Shown in pieces: positions 55,220-64,000 of a stretch of DNA of 64,000 nt. The stretch is from NCBI GenBank assembly GCA_000092065.1, contig CP000591.1; one strand, given 5' to 3'. The stretch's first letter is position 1; each line of letters opens with the position of its first letter. Under the pieces are notes generated by a model. It did no database searches. It was not told where the DNA came from and saw only the letters and a list, made by a program, of their open reading frames with translations. This DNA comes from Ostreococcus lucimarinus. Its lineage: Eukaryota. Both the position numbers and the translations under genes were made by a program.

Positions 55220-55930
55220 CTGTTGATTAATCAGCGCCGCCAAAAACCTCGTCGCCGCCACGCACACCGGCTTATCGTTCCTCTTATACGCCCGTCTAAA
55301 CTGCAAAACGCATCTCTTCGCGATCAACTCGCCGATTTCAGGAAACTTCGTGTTCACCACCGCCACCAGCGCGGCGAACACACCACTAAACTGCGGCGAC
55401 GCCATCTGAGACTTCATCACGCTCCTCGCGAACAATCCCCGCCCGCGTATCAAATTCTCCTGAAACAGCTCCGGCACCACGTGTTGCACGTTCGACGCGT
55501 TCACCTTATTCACCAATCCATTGATCGATTTCTTCAGCGCGTCCCACGACATGCGTTGATACTCGACGCTCGTCTTATCGTTCGTCTCGCGCATCATCTG
55601 CGCCAGCTTGAACGGCGGCACGTACGCGCCCCCCGTCCTCGTCCCTCTCGCCGCCGTCCCGCGGCTCGCGCTCGGCGCCGTCGCCGTCGCCCTCGCGCGC
55701 GCGTCCGCATCGTTCGCGTCCGGCGCGATCTCTCCTCGTTCGAGCGTCGCGCCGTCGTCGCCGTCGGCGTTCGCGCCGTCCGAGGATCGCCGCCGCCGCG
55801 CGCGATTCGTCGTCGCCTCGCCGCGCGCCGCGTCGCCGCGCGTCGCGCGCGGCGAGCCGTCGCGGCGCGCGTCGCCGTCGCCGTCGTCGTCGTCGCGACC
55901 GCGCGAGCGCGAGCGGCTTCGCGTGCGCAT
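55220..55930 (-). CDS. CWC22: Pre-mRNA-splicing factor CWC22, exon 1 (MIF4G N-terminal part)
   Basis: GGAYVPPFKLAQMMRETNDKTSVEYQRMSWDALKKSINGLVNKVNASNVQHVVPELFQENLIRGRGLFARSVMKSQMASPQFSGVFAALVAVVNTKFPEIGELIAKR matches human CWC22 residues about 130-240 almost residue-for-residue. ATG verified at 55930..55928; 711 nt = 237 codons. Confidence 0.85.
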
Positions 55931-55983
55931 CGCGCGCGCGTCGACGAGTGGCGACGCTTTACCGCGACGCGCGCGTCGTCGCG

Positions 55984-56811
55984 ATGCGACGCGTCGCCGT
56001 CGCGCGCGCCGCGTTTTCCGGCGCCGCGCGCGGACGCGGACGACCGAGCGCGCGCGCGCGCGCGGACGCGCGGCGCGACGGGCGCGGACGCGCGCGCGGA
56101 CGCGACGTCGCGCGCGCGTCGACGACGGGGACGACGCGCGAGGACGACGCGCGCGACGACGCGCGCGACGACGCGCGGGCGGCGTACGACGCGACGTACG
56201 AGGGGCTCGATCGCGACGCGGGACTGGCGATCGCCGAGCGCGCGGACCGCGGGAAGACGCGAGAGGACGAGTGGTTCTACGGCGAGTTGGAGTTCGCGGC
56301 GGCGCGAGACGCGCTGCGAAGAGTGTGCCCGAACGCGGGAGAAGGGCGAGAGTTCGTCGATTTGGGAAGCGGACTCGGGAAAATGGTGATCGTGGCGGCG
56401 CTGAGCGGGCTGTTTGAACGCGCGCGAGGGGTGGAGTTGTTGACGGAGCTGCACGAGGCGGCGACGAGCGCGAGAGCGGCGTTCGACGACGCGTTGGCGC
56501 GAGGGGATGGTGAAGTGATCGAAGGCGCGCGCGCGTGCGAGGTGACGCTGGATGAGGGCGATTTGCTGAATTACGACGTGTCGAGCGCGGACGTGGTGTA
56601 CATTCACGCGACTTGTTTCACGCCGCAGTTGCTGAGCGCGTTGGCGTTGAAGTTGGCGAGCGAGTTGAAAACGGGCGCGCGGGTGATGATCATGAGTAAA
56701 CAATTCCCGGAAGGTTGGGTGTTCAAACCATTCGACGGCGGTTACGCCGCGTTGGCTCAACCGCAGAGCAAATGGAAGCTCGATTGCTTTTTGTACGAAA
56801 TATCGAGGTGA
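55984..56811 (+). CDS. Small DOT1-like SAM-dependent methyltransferase
   Basis: YGELEFAAARDAL...GREFVDLGSGLGKMVIVAAL....GVELL...DLL..DVSSADVVYIHATCFTPQL...LKTGARVMIMSK parallels the DOT1 motifs YGETSF / FVDLGSGVGQVV / GVE / DFL / VIFVNNFAF / LKEGGRIVSSK. The ORF-track start at 55948 is GTG; the first ATG is at 55984. A (DDAR)n repeat sits at 56143-56180. Confidence 0.65.
   Translation: MRRVAVARAAFSGAARGRGRPSARARADARRDGRGRARGRDVARASTTGTTREDDARDDARDDARAAYDATYEGLDRDAGLAIAERADRGKTREDEWFYGELEFAAARDALRRVCPNAGEGREFVDLGSGLGKMVIVAALSGLFERARGVELLTELHEAATSARAAFDDALARGDGEVIEGARACEVTLDEGDLLNYDVSSADVVYIHATCFTPQLLSALALKLASELKTGARVMIMSKQFPEGWVFKPFDGGYAALAQPQSKWKLDCFLYEISR
56143..56180. repeat. Coding microsatellite (GACGACGCGCGC)n encoding (DDAR)n, second locus
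   Basis: gacgacgcgcgcgacgacgcgcgcgacgacgcgcgggc; the same unit as at 46031-46095. Confidence 0.55.
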
Positions 56812-56869
56812 GAGCCCGCTCGTCGAGCGCCGGCTCGCTCGAGGTGTAAATTACAATTATAATACTTCT

Positions 56870-57751
56870 TCACGAACTCGATGAGCTCGAACTCGAATCG
56901 TCCCTGCGAGAGCGTTTCTTTTCCCTCTTCTTGCGCTTCTTGCGCTCCTTCTTGCGCTCCTTCTTCCGCTTTCGCTCTCGACGGCTTCGCGCGTCTACGC
57001 CGTCGTCGTCGTCGCCGAGCTCCATCTCGTACGTCTTCGTCGCCCCGTGCGATCTCGACAGCGCGTCGAGCCCGCGCGCGGGATTCAACACGCGCGCGCG
57101 TAAACTATCCAAATCCTCCGTCGTCGCGCGCGCGCCGACGTTCGCGCCGCTCCGCGCGCGCTCGAGCCTTCGCGCCTTTTCCTCGACCGCCGCCTTGTAC
57201 GCCTTCGCCGCGCCGTCGTTCGGATCAATCTTCAACGCCCGATCGAAATCCCGAATCGCCTCGGCGTACATCCTTCGATTCGCATAACACGCCCCTCGCG
57301 CGGCGTACGCCCTGACGTGCTCTGGATCGAGTTCCAGCGCCTGCGCGAAGCACCGCTCCGCCTCCTCCCATCGCTCCGCCTTCGTCGCCAGCGCGCCCCG
57401 CAGCGCGCTCTCCTTCGCCCACCCCCATCGCACCCTCGCCCGCGCGCGCTCCATGATCTTCGCCCTCGCCATCTCATCTCGCACCCGTTCCGCGCTTCGC
57501 GCGTCCGGGATCGCGACGCGCGTCACCGCCCGCGCCGCGCCGTGCGCGTCGCACAGCGTTCGCGCCGCGCCGCCGACGCCGAACCCTCTCGACGCGCGCG
57601 CGTCCGCGACGAACGTCGACGCCTCGCCGAGGCGCGCCGCCTCGGCGTACGCTTCGAACGTTTTCGCGTCGCCGTGCGCGTGCGCGCGCGCCGCGCGTCG
57701 TCGCGCGCGCGTCGCGTCGTCCTCGTCCTCGTCGTCCTCGTCGCGCGGCAT
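56870..57751 (-). CDS. TPR-repeat protein with a highly basic (KRKKERKK) C-terminal tail
   Basis: TPR units ([14 protein letters not shown]..., [64 protein letters not shown]) and the tail [27 protein letters not shown]. ATG at 57751..57749; the upstream part of the 58273 ORF is an artefact. Confidence 0.6.
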   Translation of the reverse strand: [293 protein letters not shown]

Positions 57752-57907
57752 CGTCCTCGCCGTCGCGTCGCGCGCGCGCCGCGACGCCGTCGCGCGCGCC
57801 GACCGGGTCGGCGCCGTCGCGTCGCCGCGGCCGTCACCGTCGCCGCGCGCGCGCGCGTGTGCGGCGCGGCGCCGTCGGCCGACGCCAGACGGCGACGCGG
57901 CGACATC

Positions 57908-57973
57908 ATGCCCGGCGCGCGCGACGGCGGCGCCGAGGCCGCGGCGCGGTACCGACAGTACGAGTACAAGGCG
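57908..57973 (+). CDS. BRR2: U5 snRNP 200-kDa helicase BRR2 (SNRNP200), exon 1
   Basis: MPGARDGGAEAAARYRQYEYKA aligns with the human SNRNP200 N-terminus (MADVTARSLQYEYKA). ATG at 57908; the exon ends before the donor gcg|gtgcgt. Confidence 0.8.
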
Positions 57974-58217
57974 GTGCGTGACGACGACGACGCGCGCGCG
58001 CGACGACCGACCGACGCGACGCGCGCGACGACCGCGCGACGACCGAGGGCGCGGCGATCGAGGACGGCGGCGGCGGGCGAACGAATGCGCGACGAAATCG
58101 ACGTCGCCGAGCGCGGACGCGGCGATGAAACGCGCGGTGACCGAAGCGAACGCGCGCGATGTAAACGCGGCGCGACGCGCGAGCGCGGACTGACGAAGAG
58201 GCACGCGCGCGCGACAG
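57974..58217 (+). other. BRR2: Spliceosomal intron (244 nt, phase 0, GT-AG) of BRR2
   Basis: Donor GTGCGT at 57974 and acceptor cgcgcgacag| ending at 58217. Splicing joins YEYKA to NASLVLESDRRGRPRGEPTGAPESLEGKIDASRFGDRA (human [41 protein letters not shown]). The downstream frame has a TGA at 58191, so it cannot be read through. Confidence 0.8.
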
Positions 58218-61200
58218 AACGCGTCGTTGGTGCTGGAGAGCGATCGACGCGGGCGACCGCGGGGCGAACCCACGGGCGCGCCGGAGTCGCTCGAGGGAAA
58301 GATCGACGCGTCGCGGTTCGGAGATCGAGCGCGAGGCGGGACGGACGGTGATTTCGCGGAAAAACGGGAGCGAGCGGCGAGACGAAGGGCGGAAAAACGA
58401 GCGAGAGGGGACGCGGGGGAGGCGGAGGCGTTCGGGAAGCGCGGCCGAGCGACGAAGGGGGCGAGCGTTCTGGGAGGGAGTGAGTATGGGTTGTATAAAC
58501 CGAAGACGCGGGAAACGCGGGCGGCGTACGAGGGGTTGTTGAGCGTGTTGCAGGGAGTGTTCGGAGATCAACCGCAGGACGTCATGCGCGGCGCGGCGGA
58601 TGAGGTTTTGGCGGCGCTGAAGGAGGAGGGGAAGACGGAACGCGCGAAACAAAAGGACGTCGAGGCGTTGATGGGGACTTTAACTTCGGAGAGATTCGCG
58701 CAAATTACCGCCATCGGGAAGCTGATCACGGATTTCTCTATTCCAGGTGAAGGTGGCGAAGGCGCGGGCGAGGAGTTGGACGACGACATCGGCGTCGCCG
58801 TGGAGTTTGAAGAGGAAGAAGAGGAAGACTCGGACGTGGACGAGGTGTTAGAGGCGTCCGACGTAGACGACGACGACGAAGGCGACGAAGGCGCGTACGA
58901 CGGCGCCGTGGGCGCGAGAGCAGTCGAGGATGAGTACACGCCGAACGCGGACCACGGGTTGAATCCGGCGGACATCGACGCGCACTGGTTGCAGCGCGCC
59001 ATCTCGAAAGCGTTCGGGTTTACGGACTCTGACGCCGCGGAGAGCTTGAAGCTGTCCGAAGACGTATATCAGGTGTTGTCCACCGAAGATGACCGCGAGT
59101 GCGAAAATGCGCTCGTGTCAATGCTCGATTACGACAAGTTTGATTTGATCAAAGTGCTGTTGAAGAACCGACTCAAGGTGTTTTGGTGCACAAGACTCGC
59201 TCGATCCGCGAGCGAGGAAGAAACCGCGAACATCGAGGCGCAAATGAAAGCCGATCCGGCCGCTGCTGGGATTTTAGCGTCCATGCGCGCGACGCGCGCG
59301 TCCGCACGCGATCGACAGACGGCGACGGAGCAAAAGATTCGCGAAGAGGCTCGCAAGCTTCGCGGCGAAGTCGCGGAGATGCGAACTCAAGGCGGCGCCG
59401 CTGCGGCTGGACGTCAGCTTTTGGAGCTCGACGCGCTTGCCTTCGTGCAAGGTTCGCATTTTATGAGCAACAAGCGATGCGAGCTTCCGCCCGGTTCGTT
59501 TAGAAGCGCCAAAAAGGGTTACGAAGAAGTACACATACCGGCGCTCAAACAGCCACCGTTCAACGACGACGAAGCGCTCCGTGCGATTGAAGAAATGCCA
59601 GAGTGGGCGCAACCTGCGTTTGAGGGCATGAAGACGTTGAATCGCATTCAGAGTCGCGTGTACGAATGCGCATTGCTTTCGCCAGAGAACATGCTTCTCT
59701 GCGCGCCGACGGGCGCGGGTAAGACGAACTGTGCGATGTTGACTATTTTACATGAAGTTGGTCTTCACCGTCGTCGTGACGGGAGCGTCGATACGTCTGC
59801 GTTTAAGATCGTGTATGTTGCGCCGATGAAAGCTCTCGTCGCAGAAATTGTGGGCAACTTGAGTAATCGTTTGAAGACCTTTGGGATCCAAGTGCGAGAA
59901 TTGACGGGCGACGTTTCGCTGAGTAAGGCTGAAATTGAAGCCACGCAAATCATCGTTACCACGCCAGAAAAATGGGATATTATCACTCGAAAGTCTGGTG
60001 ATCGCGTGTACACGCAGCTCGTCAAGCTTATCATCATCGATGAAGTCCATCTCTTGCACGACGACCGCGGTCCCGTGCTCGAATCCATCATCGCGAGAAC
60101 GGTGCGACAAGTTGAGACGACGCAAGAAATGGTCCGTTTAGTCGGTCTTTCTGCAACGCTGCCAAACTTCGAGGACGTTGCGACGTTTATGCGAGTAAAC
60201 CCTGAGAAGGGGTTGCACGTTTTTGACAACTCGTACCGCCCGTGTCCTTTGCAGCAGCAATACATCGGCGTCACGGTGAAGAAGCCGTTGCAGCGAATGC
60301 AACTCATGAATGAAATTTGCTACGAAAAGGTGATGGAAAGTGCGGGCAAGAGTCAAGTACTCGTATTCGTACACAGTCGTAAGGATACGGCGAAAACCGC
60401 GAAAGCTCTTAGAGATTTGGCGATGGAGAACGAGACTCTAGGAAAGTTGATGCGTGACGATTCGGCGAGTCGTGAAATTTTACTCACCGAAGCCGAGACG
60501 GTGAAGAGCTCCGAGCTGCGTGATTTGCTCCCGTACGGGTTCGCCATACACCACGCCGGTATGAGTCGCGCTGATCGTACATTAGTAGAGGAGCTCTTCG
60601 GCGACGGTCACGTGCAAGTGCTCGTCTCCACGGCGACGCTCGCGTGGGGGGTCAACCTGCCCGCGCACACCGTGATCATCAAGGGCACGCAAGTGTACAA
60701 CCCCGAAAAGGGTGGTTGGGACGAGCTTAGTTTCCAAGACGTCATGCAAATGATGGGTCGTGCGGGTCGGCCGCAGTTTGACACGTTCGGCGAAGGTATC
60801 ATCATCACGCAACACTCCGAGTTGCAGTACTACCTGTCGCTGTTCAACCAACAGCTCCCCATCGAATCTCAATTCGTCAAGCAGCTCGCCGACGCTTTGA
60901 ACGCCGAAATTATTCTCGGTACGATTCAAAACGTTCGTGACGCGGTGATTTGGTTAGGGTACACGTATTTGTTTGTTCGCATGTTGCGAAACCCAACGTT
61001 GTATGGCGTGTCGGTGGATGCTGTCGAGGACGACCCCGTGCTCGAACAGCGAAGGTCAGATTTGATTCATACTGCTGCGGCGCAACTAGATAAGAGTGGC
61101 CTTATTCGCTACGATAGGCGAAGCGGTGCATTACAAGGCACTGACTTAGGTAGAATTGCTTCAACGTACTACGTCTCTCATGGCACGCTCATGGCATTCA

Positions 61201-64000
61201 ATCAACACTTGAAGCCTACGATGGGCGACATCGAGCTGTGTCGTCTATTCTCTCTCGCCGAGGAGTTCAAGTATATTAGTGTGCGGGAGGAAGAAAAGAT
61301 GGAGCTGTCAAAGCTCGCTGAGCGAGTGCCAATTCCAGTGAAAGAGTCGATCGAGGAACCGACGGCGAAGATAAACATTCTTCTCCAGGCGTACATCAGT
61401 AACATGCGCCTCGATGGGTTTGCGCTCATGTCCGACATGGTTTACGTGACGCAGAGCGCAGGTCGCATCTTGCGTTGTATTTTCGAAATCGTACTCAAGA
61501 AGGGTTGGTCGCAACTCGCTGAGAAGTCATTGGCGCTGTGTAAGATGTGTGCTCGCAGAACGTGGGCTTCACAAACGCCGCTGCGTCAGTTCTCCGCTAT
61601 ACCTGTGGACGTCTTGCAAAAGATTGAACGAAAAGATTTAGCGTGGGATAGGTATTACGACTTAAGTAGTCAAGAAATTGGCGAGCTTATGCGAGCGCCA
61701 AAGCTCAGTAAGGCTTTGCATAGATTCATTCATCAGGTTCCTCGATTAGAGCTCTCGGCGCACGTGCAGCCGATCACGCGAAGCGTGCTCAAGGTGGATT
61801 TGAACATCCAACCGGACTTCATTTGGGACGAATCTGTACATGGGTACGTCCAGGGCTTCTGGATCATTGTGGAAGATAACGATGGCGAAAATATCTTACA
61901 TCACGAGTACTTCTTACTCAAGGGGCATAACGCGGAAGAAGAGCACGGAGTGTCATTCACGGTGCCTTTGTCCGATCCACTGCCACCGCAGTATTTCATT
62001 CGCGTCGTCAGCGACAATTGGTTGGGAAGCGACACGGTGATTCCGGTTTCGTTCAAGCACTTGATGTTACCCGAGAAGAATCCACCGCCAACGGAGCTTC
62101 TGGACTTGCAGCCCTTACTCGTGAGCACTCTCAAAGCAGATGGCTACGACGAGCTTTACGCCGGTCGGTTCACGCACTTTAACCCGATTCAAACCCAAGT
62201 CTTCCAATGCCTGTACAACACAGATGAAAACGCCCTCGTTGGTGCACCGACGGGGAGCGGGAAGACGGTATGCGCGGAGTTTGCGATCATGCGATCACTT
62301 ATGACGAATCAGGATGGACGTTCCGTGTACATGGCGCCGACGGCGACGCTTGCTGATGAACGATACGACGACTGGAGCTCGAGATTTGGGGCGCTTGGCG
62401 TCTCCGTCACCAAGCTCACGGGTGATACGACGGCGGATCTGAAATTGTTAGAAAAGGGACAAATCGTCATCACCACACCGCAACAGTGGGACGTCATAAG
62501 TCGTCGATGGAAACAGCGAAAGAACGTACAAACGGTGTCGCTGTTTATTGCGGATGAACTTCAGCTCATAGGCGGTTCCAACGGTCCGACGATCGAAGTC
62601 GTCGTCTCGCGTATGCGTTACATGTCGAGTCAACTGGCGAAACCTGTCAGAGTGTTGGGTTTGTGTACCTCGTTAGCAAACGCTCGCGACTTGGGCGAAT
62701 GGATCGGTGCGAGTTCTCACGGCACGTTCAACTTTTCTCCGGGCGTTCGCCCAGTGCCACTCGAGATCCACTTCCAAGGCGTAGATATCATCAACTTTGA
62801 GGCGCGAATGCAGGCCATGGCGAGACCAGTGTATGGGGCGATTGCGAATCATTGTCGTCGATCGGAGCCGTCGATTGTCTTCGTGCCTACGCGTAAGCAC
62901 GCGAAGTTGGCGTCTCTCGACTTGCTCGCGTTTGCCGCTGCGGAGGGCGAGCCGGGTCGGTTCTTACAAGTTGAAGAAGGTGATCTCGAGCCTTACTTGG
63001 CGCAAATATCTGATGAGTCTGTACGCCATGCCCTGACGTTTGGCGTCGCGCTTATTCACGAAGCCATGAGCGAAAAGGAGCGAAAGGTTGTCGAACGAGT
63101 GTTCGCCGTCGGTGCGGCGTCTGTGCTCGTCGCCACTGCGCCCCTGGCTTGGGGACTCACGACTCCCTGCAAGCTCGTGGTCATCATGGGGACGCAGTAC
63201 TACGACGCCGGGGGTGCTGGTGCGGCGGATTATCCAGTGACGGATCTTCTTCAAATGATGGGCCGTGCATCCAGACCTGGCATCGACGATGCCGGTGTGT
63301 GTTTACTCTTGTGTCACGCGCCGAGGAAGGAATACTACAAGAAGTTCCTCTTCGAACCGTTCCCTGTCGAGTCGCACCTCGATCACTTCTTGCACGATCC
63401 CATGGTGGCTGAAATTGTCACGCGCACGATCGAAACGAAGCAAGACGCCGTGGACTACATCACGTGGAGCTTCTACTACAGGCGACTGACGCAGAACCCG
63501 AACTACTACAATCTCACCGGCGTTTCGCACCGCCATCTTTCCGACGCTCTTTCCGAGCTCGTCGAAACGACTTTGGGTGACTTGGAGGCGAGCAAATGTA
63601 TCAGCATCGAGGACGATATGGATTGCGCTCCACTGAACCTCGGGATGATTTCCGCGTACTACTACATCACGTACACGACGATTGAACTCTTCGCCGCTTC
63701 GCTCACGGCGAAGACCAAACTGAAGGGTTTACTTGAAATCGTTGCCGGTGCGACTGAATTCGAGTCCTTTGCCGTCAGACCGGGCGAGGCAGATATGCTT
63801 CGACGCATACTCAACCACGCGCCGATCACGTTATCAAGCAATAAAACCACGGATCCGCATGTCAAGGTCGCCGCTCTTCTCCAGGCATACTTTGGCCGAA
63901 CGAGCATTCACGGCGACTTTACGCAAGACTTGCAAAAGATTTTGCCCGACGCAACGCGCCTGCTCCAAGCTATGGTCGATGTCATCTCATCTAACGGATG
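58218..64000 (+). CDS. BRR2: BRR2 (SNRNP200) exon 2, 3'-partial; it runs off the window end
   Basis: A continuous open frame of about 1927 codons is colinear with human SNRNP200: YKPKTRETRAAYEGLL, HWLQRAISKAF, DRECENALV, NKRCELPPGSFR, NRIQSRVYE, LLCAPTGAGKTN, IIIDEVHLLHDDRGPVLE, GLSATLPNFEDVA, LVSTATLAWGVNLPAHTVIIKGTQVY, two Sec63 modules, the second helicase cassette APTGSGKT ... DELQLIGG. It is absent from the ORF track because no stop occurs before 64000. Confidence 0.9.

Noticed and set aside
55223-56760. Three mutually overlapping about 388-aa ORFs on both strands (55223-56389+, 55594-56760-, 55608-56417+)
   Set aside because: They cover CWC22 exon 1 (antisense) and the DOT1-like gene in the wrong frame or strand. 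Arg-rich artefacts.
57974-58217. Possibility that the CWC22 and BRR2 introns are copies of an introner-type repeat or related to the promoter repeats
   Set aside because: Direct comparison shows no shared sequence among the two introns and the two promoter repeat families within this window. A genome-wide search is needed to say more.
58480-58485. A GTGAGT hexamer inside BRR2 exon 2 that looks like a splice donor
   Set aside because: The frame continues uninterrupted with strong homology to human SNRNP200 across it (GASVLGGSEYGLYKPKTRE versus [20 protein letters not shown]), so no intron is present there.
1-64000. Prokaryote-style features: CRISPR arrays, IS elements, operons, Shine-Dalgarno sites, rRNA or tRNA genes
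   Set aside because: None were seen. Gene content and the GT-AG introns show this is eukaryotic nuclear DNA. The few AT-richer stretches (9400-9560, 28020-28170, 44370-44420, 49495-49565) are 3' UTR-like and contain no cloverleaf-compatible tRNA sequence that I could recognise by eye.

Overview
This 64-kb window looks like nuclear DNA from a very GC-rich (roughly 65-70 % by eye), extremely gene-dense, intron-poor photosynthetic eukaryote. The green-lineage markers are a chlorophyll a/b-binding LHC protein, a D27-like carotenoid isomerase, an FKBP62-type immunophilin and a plastid-type alpha-glucan phosphorylase. By inference this is a Mamiellophyceae-like picoalga, not a prokaryote.

I can support about 40 protein-coding genes (roughly one per 1.6 kb). 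Many sit in divergent pairs whose start codons are only 25-365 bp apart. Convergent neighbours have stop codons about 50 bp apart. Only two spliceosomal introns could be demonstrated, both by homology-guided exon joining: one in CWC22 and one near the 5' end of BRR2. I found no rRNA, tRNA, CRISPR array or recognisable mobile element.

The supplied ORF track needs three corrections.
- Because of GC bias, almost every frame on both strands is open for hundreds of codons, so most listed ORFs are artefacts antisense to, or out of frame with, real genes.
- Several ORF starts are TTG or GTG rendered as M.
- Two genes that run off the window ends are absent from the track: BRR2 at the 3' end and an acidic protein at the 5' end.

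The most unusual items are these.
- A 1438-aa protein fuses a GlmS-like glutamine amidotransferase core (GATase II plus two SIS domains) to EF-hands. Its catalytic Cys sits behind a 150-aa leader.
- A HIG1 gene directly abuts a COQ9 gene that has no usable ATG of its own.
- Two bidirectional promoters carry related tandem repeats. One pair embeds E2F-like TTTTCGCGCCAAA sites and a duplicated start codon.
- A phosphatidylserine synthase sits head-to-head with an SMP-domain lipid-transfer protein.
- There is a small DOT1-like methyltransferase.
- A minimal METTL3-like MT-A70 gene is present.
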